The notes: generated by a model from the letters alone, not told the origin. A DNA stretch of 64,000 bases from an uncultured Actinomycetota bacterium (GCA_963697565.1 CAVOOM010000008.1:125970-189969), one strand, 5' to 3'. Shown: positions 23,861-34,064, numbered from the stretch's first letter. Translations and numbers: made by a program.

Positions 23861-25278
23861 ACCGCAGGCGACCAGGTCTGGCCGTCCTTGGTGTCGCGTA
23901 CGACGACCCCGAGGGCGGCCAGTTCGTCGCGCAGCCGGTCGGCGGCCGGCCAGTCCCGCGCCGAGCGCGCGCCCTGCCGCTCCTCGAGCAGGGCGGCTGC
24001 CCCCGGGGGAAGGACCGGCTCGTCGCGGGGGCGGCCGACGTCGCGGACGAGGTCGAGCCCGAGCAGCCGGTCGACGTGGGCGAAGGCCTCGAACCGCGCA
24101 CCGGCCGGGACCTCCGGGTCGCGCTCGATCGCCCGAAGGGCCTGCAAGGCGCGGGGGGTGTCGAGGTCGTCGGCGAACGCGTCGACGACCGCCGCCACCC
24201 CCGCGGGCATGGCCGCGGAGGGCGACTCCGCCCACTCCGCGACCGCGCGCCGCCACAGCGCCAGCTGCCGATCCGCGGCCTCAAGGCCGGCCCAGGTCAG
24301 GTCGAGCTGGGTGCGGTAGCGCGCCGAGAGGAAGGCCAACCGCACCGCCAACGGGTCGAGCCCGCGCGCGACCACGTCCTCGAGCAGCACCACGTTGCCG
24401 GTGGACTTGGCCATCTTGCGGCCCTCGAACAGCAGGTGCTCGCCGTGCACCCAGTGGCGGACGACCTCCTGCTCCTCGTCCCCGCTCGGGGCACCCGCGT
24501 TGGACTGGGCCCGCTCGTCCTCGTGGTGCGGGAAGCGCAGGTCGATCCCCCCGGTGTGCACGTCGATCCGCTCGCCGAGCAGGTCGAGGCTCATCGCGGA
24601 GCACTCGATGTGCCAGCCCGGGAAGCCCGGCCCCCACGGCGAGTCCCAGACCATCTGCCTGCGCTCGCCGGCCCGCTTCCACAGCGCCCAGTCGGCGTGG
24701 AAGCGCTTGGCCTCGTCGACGCCGCCCTCGAACCGGTGGCCCGGCCGCAGCGCGTCCAGGCGGTTGCCGCTGAGGGCCCCGTACGAGGGGAAGGAGCGGG
24801 CGTCGAAGAACACCGAGCCGTCCCCGCCGACGTAGGCGTGGCCGCGCTCGACCAGCCGGGCGATCAGGTCGATCATCAGGTCGATGCAGTCGCTGGCCCG
24901 CGGGTACGCGTCGGCCGGGCGGATGTTGAGCCGGGCGAGATCCTGGTGGAAGCGGCCCTCGTAGTGCCGGGCGACCGCGAACGGATCGCGCCCCTCGCGT
25001 TCGGCCTGGGCGAGCAGCTTGTCCTCGCCACCGGCGTCGAGGTCGTCATCGGCGGCCATGTGGCCGACGTCGGTGATGTTCTGGATGAGCCGCACCTGCA
25101 GGCCCTGGATCTCCGCTGTCCGCCGGATCAGGTCGCCGAGCAGGAAGGTGCGCAGGTTGCCGACGTGGGCGTCGCGGTAGACCGTCGGCCCGCAGCAGTA
25201 CACCCGCAGCAGGCCCGGCGTCGCGGGCTCGATCGGGCGCACCGCCTTCGCGCGCGTCTCGTACAGCCGCATCACCAT
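23857..25278 (-). CDS. cysS: Cysteine--tRNA ligase
   Basis: CGPTVY..AHVGN, NITDVGH, GWHIECSAM, DLRFPHH, KMAKSTGN. Confidence 0.9.
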   Translation of the reverse strand: MVMRLYETRAKAVRPIEPATPGLLRVYCCGPTVYRDAHVGNLRTFLLGDLIRRTAEIQGLQVRLIQNITDVGHMAADDDLDAGGEDKLLAQAEREGRDPFAVARHYEGRFHQDLARLNIRPADAYPRASDCIDLMIDLIARLVERGHAYVGGDGSVFFDARSFPSYGALSGNRLDALRPGHRFEGGVDEAKRFHADWALWKRAGERRQMVWDSPWGPGFPGWHIECSAMSLDLLGERIDVHTGGIDLRFPHHEDERAQSNAGAPSGDEEQEVVRHWVHGEHLLFEGRKMAKSTGNVVLLEDVVARGLDPLAVRLAFLSARYRTQLDLTWAGLEAADRQLALWRRAVAEWAESPSAAMPAGVAAVVDAFADDLDTPRALQALRAIERDPEVPAGARFEAFAHVDRLLGLDLVRDVGRPRDEPVLPPGAAALLEERQGARSARDWPAADRLRDELAALGVVVRDTKDGQTWSPAV

Positions 25279-25302
25279 GGGGCCCAGCCTAGGCGCCGCC
25301 GA

Positions 25303-26061
25303 TCAGGCCGCCACCGCGATGAACCGCACCCGCACGTAGTCGGCGGTCCACGCGTCGCCCGGCCCGCGCAGCCCGGCCGCGGCGGCGTGCACGTCAATGG
25401 CCGCGTCGAACTCCGCGCGCCGCGCTTCGGGGACGTCGTCGAGGAGCGCCTGCCCGAACATGCGGGCCCAGTCGGCGGCGGTGTCGCCGGCCGCAAGCGG
25501 GGTCGGCCGCTCGTACCGCTCGATCATCCGGACGGTGAAGCCCGCGGCCTCGAGGCGGCTGGCGTGCTCGGCCGGGCTGGGGAAGTACCAGCGGTTGCCG
25601 GCGGGGCCCAACCCGAGGTCGGCCCGCGCGGCCTGGATCGCCTCGGTCAGCGCGGCGACATTGCCCTGGCCGCCCAGCTCGGCGACGAAGCAGCCGCCGC
25701 GGACCAGCGCGGCGCGGACGTTGCGGCACACCGCGTCGGCCGCGGGCATCCAGTGCAGGGCGGCGTTCGACAGCACCCGGTCGTACGGCCCGCCGGGCAG
25801 CGACACCTGGGCGTCGCCGAGCAGGAAGGAGACCTCAGGGTGGGCGCCGCGGGCGGACGCGACCATCGCCGGGTCGGCGTCCACGCCGGTCACCACGCAG
25901 CCCCGGGCGGCGAGCTCGGCGGCCTGGTGGCCGGTGCCGCACCCGAGGTCCAGCACGCGGTCGCCCGCCGAGGCGTCCAGCAGGTCGAGCAGCGGCGCGC
26001 CGAGGGAGGTGACGAAGGAGAAGCGGGCGTCGTACGCGGCGGCGTCCCACCCGGCGGTCAT
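25303..26061 (-). CDS. Class I SAM-dependent methyltransferase
   Basis: VLDLGCGTG, SNAALHW, ADYVRVRF; ATGA overlap with the upstream GNAT gene. Confidence 0.85.
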   Translation of the reverse strand: MTAGWDAAAYDARFSFVTSLGAPLLDLLDASAGDRVLDLGCGTGHQAAELAARGCVVTGVDADPAMVASARGAHPEVSFLLGDAQVSLPGGPYDRVLSNAALHWMPAADAVCRNVRAALVRGGCFVAELGGQGNVAALTEAIQAARADLGLGPAGNRWYFPSPAEHASRLEAAGFTVRMIERYERPTPLAAGDTAADWARMFGQALLDDVPEARRAEFDAAIDVHAAAAGLRGPGDAWTADYVRVRFIAVAA

Positions 26062-27059
26062 CGGGGGTCCAGCCGGCGGTAGTGGTAGCGGTGGTGCTCG
26101 ACGAAGCCGGCCCGGCCGTACGCAGATCGCGCGGCGGCGTTCTCCTCGGCTACCTGCAGGTACGCCCAGCGGCCCGCGCGCTCCCGTGCCCAGGCCGCGA
26201 GCGCCACGACCACGAGGGTGCCGAGGCCCTGCCGGCGTGCGCCGGGAGCCACCTCGACGGCGGTGACGCCGAGCCAGCTGTCGTCCAGCGAGCCGCGTGC
26301 GATGGCCAGCACATCCCCGGCGACGTCTCGCACCGAGGCGAAAGCGAGTGCGTCGCCTCGCGTGAGCACCGAGCGGGCGCCCTCCGGGAGCGTGCCGCCG
26401 CGGTAGTGGTACGCGTCGACCCACGCGTCATCGGGAGCGGCGTCGATGCGCACGCGATCGACCGCGTCGCCGGTCCGGGCGAGCGCCGCGAGGTCGGCGG
26501 CCAGGACGAGCACCGGGTCGTACCCGGTCCACCCGCGCGCTTCGAGCTCGCCCGCGAGCGCCTCGGTCCCGGTGGGCAGCTGGAAGCGCGGCGCCAGCCC
26601 GCGCTCGGTGTAGAACGCGACGACCTCGGCGAGCGCGTCGTCGAGGGGGAGCGGGGGGCTGCCCACGGGCAGCACGCTGTTGGCGCGCCCGGTGAACCCG
26701 CCGGCGGCCCGCAGCAGCCAGCCGCCGCGCGCACCCCCGACCCACCGCTCCTCGGCGGCGCGCCAGCCGAGCGCCGCGACCTGCTCAAGCTCCGCCGGTG
26801 GCCACTGAGCGGCCGTGCGCCCGCGGCGGCCGACTGTGGGCGGGACGACGCGGAAGGCGACCACCGCCGCCGCCGGGACCTCGGCCAGCGAGCCGTCTCT
26901 CCGCCGCACGGCGAGGACGTCGCCCGCCCGCTCCAAGGTGCCCACGACGTCGGTCAGCCGGGGACGGTCGCCGCCGGCGGGGTCGGGCACCCGGTGGCGC
27001 ACGCTGATCCGGCGGCCGACGGCGTCGGCGGCCGCTGCAGGCGACACGGGTTCGGGCAC
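26058..27059 (-). CDS. GNAT family N-acetyltransferase
   Basis: GWLLRAAGGFTGRANS, ARRQGLG, AYLQV...Y...GF. Confidence 0.85.
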   Translation of the reverse strand: MPEPVSPAAAADAVGRRISVRHRVPDPAGGDRPRLTDVVGTLERAGDVLAVRRRDGSLAEVPAAAVVAFRVVPPTVGRRGRTAAQWPPAELEQVAALGWRAAEERWVGGARGGWLLRAAGGFTGRANSVLPVGSPPLPLDDALAEVVAFYTERGLAPRFQLPTGTEALAGELEARGWTGYDPVLVLAADLAALARTGDAVDRVRIDAAPDDAWVDAYHYRGGTLPEGARSVLTRGDALAFASVRDVAGDVLAIARGSLDDSWLGVTAVEVAPGARRQGLGTLVVVALAAWARERAGRWAYLQVAEENAAARSAYGRAGFVEHHRYHYRRLDPR

Positions 27060-27154
27060 GGCACCCCCGGCGAGACGCGGGCTGGGTCTTTCGCGATACT
27101 AGGCGTCGGTGGTCGGCCGCCCCCGCGTCGGCGAGGGGCTGAGGAGGAGGAACC

Positions 27155-27481
27155 GTGACCTACGTCATCGCGCAGCCCTGTGTGGATCTGCTCGACAAGG
27201 CCTGCGTCGAGGAGTGCCCGGTCGACTGCATCTACGAGGGTGGCCGGATGCTCTACATCCACCCCGACGAGTGCGTCGACTGCGGGGCCTGCGAGCCGGT
27301 CTGCCCGGTCGAGGCGATCTTCTACGAAGACGACGTCCCGGAGCAGTGGAAGGACTTCTACAAGGCCAACGTGGAGTTCTTCGAGGACCTCGGATCGCCC
27401 GGCGGCGCCTCCAAGCTCGGCAAGATCGACAAGGACCACCCGCTCGTCGCCGCCCTGCCGCCGCAGGCCGTCGAGCACTGA
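27155..27481 (+). CDS. fdxA: 7Fe ferredoxin
   Basis: MTYVIAQPCVD..DKACVEECPVDCIY...CVDCGACEPVCP; GGAGG RBS. Confidence 0.97.
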   Translation: MTYVIAQPCVDLLDKACVEECPVDCIYEGGRMLYIHPDECVDCGACEPVCPVEAIFYEDDVPEQWKDFYKANVEFFEDLGSPGGASKLGKIDKDHPLVAALPPQAVEH

Positions 27482-27518
27482 GCCGTCCCGCGTTGACGCG
27501 GTCGGCGGCCACCGCGCC

Positions 27519-28665
27519 GTGACACCGCCCCCCGACGCGCCGCCCGCCTCCTGGTGGGCGGCGCGTGCCAGGTCCGGGCGGCTGCCGGACTTCCCCTGGG
27601 ACACCATCGCCGACGAGGCCGCGCTCGCGCGCGCCCATCCCGGAGGCGTGGTGGACCTGTCGGTCGGCACGCCGGTCGACTCGGTGCCAGATGTGGTCCA
27701 GCGCGCCCTGTCTGAGGCGGCCGACGCGCCCGGCTACCCCACCACCCTCGGCACGGCCGCCCTGCGCGAGTCTGCGGCACGCTGGCTGTCCCGCCGGCTG
27801 GGAGCCGACGCGGACCCTGCCACCGAGGTGCTGCCCACGATCGGCAGCAAGGAGCTGGTGGCCTGGCTGCCCACGCTGCTGGGCCTCGGCCCGGGCGACG
27901 TGGTCGTCGTGCCTGAGCTCGCGTACCCCACGTACGAGGTCGGCGCCCGGTTGGCCGGCGCCGAGCCGGTGCGCTCGGACGCGATGACCGCCCTCGGGCC
28001 GCGCCGGGTCGCGCTGGTGTGGGTGAACTCGCCGTCCAACCCGACCGGGCGCGTGCTGCCCGCCGAGCACCTGGCCAAGGTGGTGGCGTGGGCGCGCGAG
28101 CGGGGCGCGCTCGTCGTGTCCGACGAGTGCTACGCCGAACTGGGGTGGACCGAGCGGCCGGTGTCGGTGCTGCACCCGGACGTGTGCGGGGGGTCGCACG
28201 AGGGGCTGCTCGCTGTGCACTCGCTGTCCAAGCGCTCGAACCTGGCCGGCTACCGCGCGGGGTTCGTGGCCGGTGACGCCTCGGTCGTGGGCGCCTTGCT
28301 CGAGGCGCGCAAGCACGCCGGGCTGCTCGTGCCCGCGCCGGTGCAGGCGGCGATGGCGACCGCGCTCGATGACGACACGCATGTGACGCGGCAGCGGGCG
28401 CGCTACTCAGCGCGCCGCGACCTGCTGCTGGCGGCCCTGCGCGAGGCGGGCTTCCGGGTCGATCACTCCGAGGCGGGCCTCTACCTGTGGGCCACCCGGG
28501 ACGAGCCCTGCCGCCAGACCCTGCGCTGGCTGGCCGAGCGGGGGATCCTGGTCGCGCCCGGCGAGTTCTACGGACCCACCGGCTGCCCGCCACGTGCGCG
28601 TCGCCCTCACGGCCACCGACGAGCGCATCGAGGCGGGCTGCGCCCGGCTCACCGCTGCCCGCTGA
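27519..28665 (+). CDS. dapC: Succinyldiaminopimelate transaminase (frameshift near 28580)
   Basis: LPDFPWD, DLSVGTPVD, NSPSNPTG, SLSKRSNLAGYR; lies directly after fdxA. Confidence 0.92.
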
Positions 28666-29347
28666 TCCCTCCCGCGCTGCCGCGCACGACATCGACGTGC
28701 ACATGGTCGCGGTGCTGCAGGACGGCGTTGCCGGTGTCACCGCTGGGGTGCGCGTACGGCCGCCAGCCCTCGGTGGAGCGGCGCGCGGTCCAGATCCGGT
28801 CGTCGTAGATCACGGTGGCGACCGAGTACGTCGAGGCGTGCGCGACGAGCCAGTGGGCCAGGGCCCAGCCCTTGGCGTTCTGGTCCGGGTCGCCGACCGG
28901 GCGGAAGAACAGGTCCACGGCCCGGCCGTCGTAGTGCGCGGAGCCGGAGATGTGCCCGCTGGTGACCCCGCCCGGCTGGTAGCCGCCGGTCGGCAGCGGG
29001 CCGAATGCCGCGGTGGCCGCGTCGCGGACCGCCCGGGCTCGGTCGGTGAGCCCGTCGTCCCCCGCGGACTGGAGGGGGGCCTCGGCGGGCCGCACCGTGC
29101 AGGACAGCGCCGCCTGCTGGGACCCGCCGACAGCGGGCGCCAGCTCGGGTGGCGGAGCGCCCCAGGCGGCGCGCACCTCCTCCGGGGTGTAGACGACCGC
29201 TGACCCGGCCACTGAGCAGCGCTCGCTCAGCACGATCGGCCCCAGCGCCGTCGGCCACTGAACGGCGGAGGCCGCCCCGATCGTCAGCAGACCCGCCCCG
29301 GCGATAGCCAGCACCCCCAGGGCTGGACGGACGGCGGGTCGGCGCAC
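28649..29347 (-). CDS. Secreted protein with M15/LAS-type zinc peptidase motifs
   Basis: Signal-like N-terminus; SAHYDGRAVD (H-x6-D) and HRDHVHV (HxH). Start approximate. Confidence 0.6.
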   Translation of the reverse strand: MRRPAVRPALGVLAIAGAGLLTIGAASAVQWPTALGPIVLSERCSVAGSAVVYTPEEVRAAWGAPPPELAPAVGGSQQAALSCTVRPAEAPLQSAGDDGLTDRARAVRDAATAAFGPLPTGGYQPGGVTSGHISGSAHYDGRAVDLFFRPVGDPDQNAKGWALAHWLVAHASTYSVATVIYDDRIWTARRSTEGWRPYAHPSGDTGNAVLQHRDHVHVDVVRGSAGGISGQR

Positions 29348-29361
29348 GGTCGGCGGGTGGC

Positions 29362-30291
29362 TCAGTCGTTGGCGTGCAGGTCGGCGTTCAGCCCGCCCCA
29401 GGAGCCGCTGCGGGCGACCACCTCGAGCGCCCCGGTCTGCGAGTTGCGGCGGAACAGCAGGCCGGAGCGGCCGGACAGCTCGCGCGCCTTGACCACGCCG
29501 CCATCGGGGAGGGCGATCTTGGAGCCGGCGGTGAGGTAGCAGCCGGCCTCGACCACGCAGTCGTCGCCGAGGCTGATCCCGATACCCGCGTTGGCGCCGA
29601 GCAGGCAGCGCTCGCCCACCGAGACCACCTCGCTGCCGCCGCCGGACAGGGTGCCCATGATCGAGGCGCCGCCGCCGATGTCGGAGTCGTTGCCGACGAC
29701 GACCCCGGCGCTGATCCGGCCCTCCACCATGGAGGCGCCGAGGGTGCCGGCGTTGAAGTTCACGAAGCCCTCGTGCATGACCGTGGTGCCGGCCGCCAGA
29801 TGGGCTCCGAGCCGCACCCGGTCGGCATCGGCGATCCGCACCCCCGTCGGCACGACGTAGTCGGTCATCCGCGGGAACTTGTCCACGCCGTAGACCGCCA
29901 CCGATCCCCGGCGCCGCAGCCGCGCGCGGGTCGCCTCGAACCCGTCGACGGCGCACGGCCCGTGGCTGGTCCAGACGACGTTGGCGAGCAGGCCGAAGAC
30001 ACCGGCCAGCGAGAGCCCGTGCGGGCGCACGAGCCGGTGGGAGAGCAGGTGCAGGCGCAGGTAGACGTCGGCGGCGTCGGCGGGGGGCACGTCCAGATCG
30101 ATCGATCGGCTGAGGACGTGGGACCTCGTGCCGCGGTCCTCGTCGGCGCCCTCGAGCGCGAGCAGTTCGGCAGGCGCTCCGGCCGGCCGCTCGCCCAGCG
30201 CGGGGGAGGGGTACCAGACGTCGAGCAGCTGGCCGGTGGCGGCGTCCTCGGTCGCCAGGCCGATGCCGTACGCGGTGCGCTGGTCGCTCAT
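29362..30291 (-). CDS. dapD: Tetrahydrodipicolinate N-succinyltransferase (actinobacterial type)
   Basis: [47 protein letters not shown]. Confidence 0.95.
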   Translation of the reverse strand: MSDQRTAYGIGLATEDAATGQLLDVWYPSPALGERPAGAPAELLALEGADEDRGTRSHVLSRSIDLDVPPADAADVYLRLHLLSHRLVRPHGLSLAGVFGLLANVVWTSHGPCAVDGFEATRARLRRRGSVAVYGVDKFPRMTDYVVPTGVRIADADRVRLGAHLAAGTTVMHEGFVNFNAGTLGASMVEGRISAGVVVGNDSDIGGGASIMGTLSGGGSEVVSVGERCLLGANAGIGISLGDDCVVEAGCYLTAGSKIALPDGGVVKARELSGRSGLLFRRNSQTGALEVVARSGSWGGLNADLHAND

Positions 30292-30299
30292 GGCCAGCC

Positions 30300-30324
30300 A
30301 GCCTAGGCCGCCCCGGCCTAGGCT
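30300..30324. promoter_or_regulatory. Perfect inverted repeat carrying back-to-back TAGGCT -10-like hexamers for divergent dapD and dapE
   Basis: AGCCTAGGCCG-ccc-CGGCCTAGGCT; hexamers lie 8 nt and 6 nt from the two start codons, with no room for an RBS. Confidence 0.6.
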
Positions 30325-30330
30325 CAGCGC

Positions 30331-31413
30331 GTGGACCTCACCCCCCGCCTCGACCTCGGGCTCCCCGCCGGCCCGCTCACCTTGGCCCTCGTCGACGTCT
30401 TCTCGGAGTCCGGCCACGAGAAGCCCCTCGCCGACGCGGTCGAGGCCGCGCTGCGCGGCTGCGGGCACCTCGCGGTGGCCCGCGACGGCGACACGGTGGT
30501 GGCCCGCACGGAGCTGGGCCGCGCCGAGCGCGTGGTGATCGCCGGCCACCTCGACACGGTGCCCGCGGCCGGCAACCACCCGGGCCGGATCGAGGGCGGC
30601 AGCGCGGATGGCCTCGTGCACGGGCTGGGGTCGTGCGACATGAAGGGCGGCGTCGCGGTGGCGCTGCGCCTGGCGGCGCACGTCGCCGAGCCGGTCCGCG
30701 ATGTGACGTACGTGTTCTATGACAACGAGGAGGTCGAGGAGGTCCGCAACGGGCTCAAGCGGGTCGCCGAACGGCACCCGGACTGGCTGGCGGCCGACTT
30801 CGCCGTCTTGATGGAGCCGAGCAACGCCGGGGTCGAGGGCGGCTGCCAGGGCACCCTGCGCGTCGAGGTGCGCACGGCCGGACGACGGGCGCACTCGGCC
30901 CGTTCGTGGCTGGGGGACAACGCCATCCACGGCGCCGCGGACGTGCTCGACCGCCTGCGCGCCTATGCCCCGCGGCGGCCGGTGGTCGAGGGCCTGGAGT
31001 ACCGCGAGGGGCTGAACGCGGTGTGGATCGCCGGGGGGGTGGCCGGCAACGTGATCCCGGATGAGTGCGTGGTGACGGTCAACTACCGCTTCGCGCCGGA
31101 CCGCTCGGTGGCCGAGGCCGAGGCCCACCTCGCCGAGGTGTTCGACGGGTACGACCTGCGCACGGTGGACTCCGGCGAGGGCGCCCGGCCAGGACTGGAC
31201 CGGCCCGCCGCCCAGGCGTTCGTGGCCGCGGTGGGCGGCCAGCCGCTGCCGAAGTACGGCTGGACTGACGTCGCCCGCTTCTCGGCGCTGGGGGTGCCCG
31301 CCGTGAACTTCGGGCCGGGGGATCCCGCGCTTGCCCACACCCGCGAGGAGCACGTGCCGATCAACCAGATCGAGTCCTGCGAGCGCCGGATGCTGGCCTG
31401 GCTGCTCGGGTGA
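30331..31413 (+). CDS. dapE: Succinyl-diaminopimelate desuccinylase
   Basis: [36 protein letters not shown]. Confidence 0.95.
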   Translation: MDLTPRLDLGLPAGPLTLALVDVFSESGHEKPLADAVEAALRGCGHLAVARDGDTVVARTELGRAERVVIAGHLDTVPAAGNHPGRIEGGSADGLVHGLGSCDMKGGVAVALRLAAHVAEPVRDVTYVFYDNEEVEEVRNGLKRVAERHPDWLAADFAVLMEPSNAGVEGGCQGTLRVEVRTAGRRAHSARSWLGDNAIHGAADVLDRLRAYAPRRPVVEGLEYREGLNAVWIAGGVAGNVIPDECVVTVNYRFAPDRSVAEAEAHLAEVFDGYDLRTVDSGEGARPGLDRPAAQAFVAAVGGQPLPKYGWTDVARFSALGVPAVNFGPGDPALAHTREEHVPINQIESCERRMLAWLLG

Positions 31414-31462
31414 CGCCGCTGCTCGGGTGCCGCTGGTCCAGCGGCACCCGAGCAGTCGGAGC

Positions 31463-32017
31463 TCATGCCTGCCGGGCGGCCTGCACGTCGAGCACGATCT
31501 TGACGGTGTCGCTCACGAGCACGCCGCCGGCCTCGAGCGCGACATTCCAGGTGAGTCCGAAGTCTTTGCGCGAGAGCGACGCCAGCCCCTCGAAGCCGAT
31601 CTTCGTGTTGCCCCAGGGGTCGTCGACGACGCCCTCGAGGTCAGCCCGGATCTCGACCGGACGGGTGGTGCCGCGGATGGTCAGCTCCCCGACCATGACG
31701 AAGGCGTCGCCCTCGTGGCGTACGGCGGTCGAGGTGAAGGTGAGGGTGGGGAACTCCTCGACGTTGAGGAAGTCGGCCGAACGCAGGTGCGCGTCGCGGT
31801 CCGCGCTGCCGGTGCTGATGCTCGCCGCGTCGATGACGACGGTCGCCTGGGAGTTGGCCGGGTTCTCGCCGTCGAGGACGAGGGTTCCCTCGAAGATCCC
31901 GAAGCTGCCGCGGACCTTGCTCACCATCGCGTGGCGGGCCTCGAAGCCCAGGCGGGTGTGGGCGGGGTCCAGGACCCAGGTTCCGGTGGTCGGGGTGAGG
32001 GCGGTGGCGGTGGTCAT
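31463..32017 (-). CDS. YceI family lipid/polyisoprenoid-binding protein
   Basis: WVLDPAHT...VRGSF...[10 protein letters not shown]...RKDFGLTWN. Confidence 0.92.
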   Translation of the reverse strand: MTTATALTPTTGTWVLDPAHTRLGFEARHAMVSKVRGSFGIFEGTLVLDGENPANSQATVVIDAASISTGSADRDAHLRSADFLNVEEFPTLTFTSTAVRHEGDAFVMVGELTIRGTTRPVEIRADLEGVVDDPWGNTKIGFEGLASLSRKDFGLTWNVALEAGGVLVSDTVKIVLDVQAARQA

Positions 32018-32031
32018 GAGGGGCTCCTAAG

Positions 32032-32071
32032 TGGTTGAAGGTTCAACAAGTAGTAGTTGAACATACAACTA
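32032..32071. promoter_or_regulatory. Two tandem palindromic operators (GTTG-N6-CAAC) upstream of yceI
   Basis: GTTGAA-gg-TTCAAC (32034-32047) and TAGTTG-aacata-CAACTA (32054-32071), 22 bp apart, in an AT-rich patch. Confidence 0.75.
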
Positions 32072-32134
32072 ACTTTCGCGCAACCCCAGTCGGCTCGAAG
32101 GTGCTGAACGCAGGGCGCGCCTACCCTTGCGGGC

Positions 32135-32965
32135 ATGAACGGCTTCGTCCGCCGCGCCGACGGCGACATCCCTGAGCGCCAGCGCGGCCCGGTGACGCTG
32201 CGCCGCGAGCAGGTCCCCGCCTCGACGACCGACCAGCGGCTGCTGGAGAGCCGCGGCCCGAGCGACTGGGTGCACCTCGACCCATGGCGCGTGCTGCGCA
32301 TCCAGGCCGAGTTCGTCGAGGGCTTCGGCATGCTGGCCGAGCTCGGCCCCGCGGTCTCGGTGTTCGGCTCAGCGCGCACCGGCCGCGACCACGCCGAGTA
32401 CGCCCTGGCCGAGCAGCTCGGCGCCGGGCTGGTCGAGGCCGGGTACGCGGTCATCACGGGCGGGGGGCCCGGGGTGATGGAGGCCGCCAACAAGGGCGCC
32501 TGTGAGGCGGGCGGGGTGTCGGTGGGCCTCGGCATCGAGCTGCCCTTCGAGCAGTCGATGAACCAGTGGGTCGACCTGGGCATCAACTTCCGGTACTTCT
32601 TCGTCCGCAAGACGATGTTCGTGAAGTACGCCCAGGGATTCGTGGTCCTTCCCGGCGGCTTCGGGACCTTCGACGAGCTGTTCGAGGCGCTGACCCTCGT
32701 GCAGACCCGCAAGGTGACCGCGTTCCCGTTGGTGCTGATGGGCTCGGCCTACTGGGGCGGCCTGCTGGACTGGATGCGGTCCACCGTCCTGCCGGAAGGG
32801 AAGATCGCCGCCGCCGACCTCGACCTCGTGCTCGTCACCGACGACCCCCACGAGGCGGTGGCGCACATCGTCGCGAGCGACCTCGACCGCGAGGGGCAGC
32901 GGGGACGTGAGGAGGCCTCGATCTCGGCGCTCATCGAGGCCGAGCAGAAGGCCGCCGGCGACTGA
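32135..32965 (+). CDS. LOG family protein (long type)
   Basis: VFGSAR, TGGGPGVMEA, YFFVRKTMF, PGGFGTFDE. Confidence 0.92.
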   Translation: MNGFVRRADGDIPERQRGPVTLRREQVPASTTDQRLLESRGPSDWVHLDPWRVLRIQAEFVEGFGMLAELGPAVSVFGSARTGRDHAEYALAEQLGAGLVEAGYAVITGGGPGVMEAANKGACEAGGVSVGLGIELPFEQSMNQWVDLGINFRYFFVRKTMFVKYAQGFVVLPGGFGTFDELFEALTLVQTRKVTAFPLVLMGSAYWGGLLDWMRSTVLPEGKIAAADLDLVLVTDDPHEAVAHIVASDLDREGQRGREEASISALIEAEQKAAGD

Positions 32966-33012
32966 CGCGGCGACCCGCGGCGGGCGCCCGCCGGGGCGGG
33001 TACGGTGCGCGC

Positions 33013-33555
33013 GTGCCCGCCGTCTGCGTCTACTGCGCCAGCAGCGACGCCATCGACCGCCGGTACCTCGACCTCGCCGATGAGGTCGGCCGCGCCCTGG
33101 CCGCCGCCGGCCTGGACCTGGTCAGCGGGGGCGGCTCGGTCGGGATGATGGGGGCGGTGGCCCACGCGGTCCGCGAGGCGGGCGGCCACACCACCGGCGT
33201 GATCCCGCGGGCGTTGGCCGATCGCGAGGTCGCCGACCTCGCCGCCGACGTCCTGGTCGTCACCGAGGACATGCGCGAGCGCAAGGGCGTCATGGACAAC
33301 CGCGCCGACGCGTTCCTCGCCCTCCCCGGCGGCATCGGCACGCTGGAGGAGCTGCTGGAGGTGTGGACGTCTCGGGCCCTCGGGATGCACGCCAAGCCGG
33401 TGGTCGTCCTAGACCCGTACGGCGACCTCGCGCCGCTGCGGGCGCTCGTCGACCGGCTCGCGGACGCGGCCTTTGTGCTGCCCGAGGCCCGGGACGCGGT
33501 GGCGTGGACGACCTCCGTCGAGGAGGCCGTCCACGCCCTGACCGCTTCCGGCTAG
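33013..33555 (+). CDS. LOG family phosphoribohydrolase (short type)
   Basis: VCVYCAS, GGGSVGMMG, MRERK, PGGIGTLEE. Confidence 0.9.
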   Translation: MPAVCVYCASSDAIDRRYLDLADEVGRALAAAGLDLVSGGGSVGMMGAVAHAVREAGGHTTGVIPRALADREVADLAADVLVVTEDMRERKGVMDNRADAFLALPGGIGTLEELLEVWTSRALGMHAKPVVVLDPYGDLAPLRALVDRLADAAFVLPEARDAVAWTTSVEEAVHALTASG

Positions 33556-34064
33556 CCCGCCGGCGCCGCCTGCGGGCCGGCGCCGATCAGCACGATCTTG
33601 GCGGCGCCCTTCTTCTCCGCGACCCGGTCTCCGGTGGCCCGGACCCGGTCGCCGACGGAGATGTCGGACACCGCCGCCTTCGTACGGCCTTCGCGGACCC
33701 TGGTCTCGTCCGTCGTCGTCCAGGTCGCGGTCCAGCCGTCCTTGCTCTTCACGGTGAGGGTGGCGCCGTCCACGGCGGTCACCTCGCCGGACTGCACGAG
33801 CATCGTCCGGGTGGCCCCCTCGCGGTCGGCGACCACGAACTCCCCGTGCAGCACGCGTCCGGCGCGGCGCATCAGGTCGCGGGGGCCCGACTCGACGCCG
33901 GCGGTCGCGCTGGCCACGGACGACCCGGCCGCGGAGGCGGGCCGATCGGCGGCGACCGCGATCCCGGTGAGCATGCTGGCGCCGACGGCGCCGACGGCCA
34001 CCCAGGCGGCCGCGCGGGCGGTGCGGGTCGTGCGGGACGGGGCGGGGAGCGGGTTGCTGTTCAC
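33552..34064 (-). CDS. Secreted hypothetical protein (small beta-barrel-like)
   Basis: Signal-like N-terminus; LHGEFVV...GEVTAV...LTVKSKDG; GGAGG RBS. Confidence 0.65.
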   Translation of the reverse strand: MNSNPLPAPSRTTRTARAAAWVAVGAVGASMLTGIAVAADRPASAAGSSVASATAGVESGPRDLMRRAGRVLHGEFVVADREGATRTMLVQSGEVTAVDGATLTVKSKDGWTATWTTTDETRVREGRTKAAVSDISVGDRVRATGDRVAEKKGAAKIVLIGAGPQAAPAG

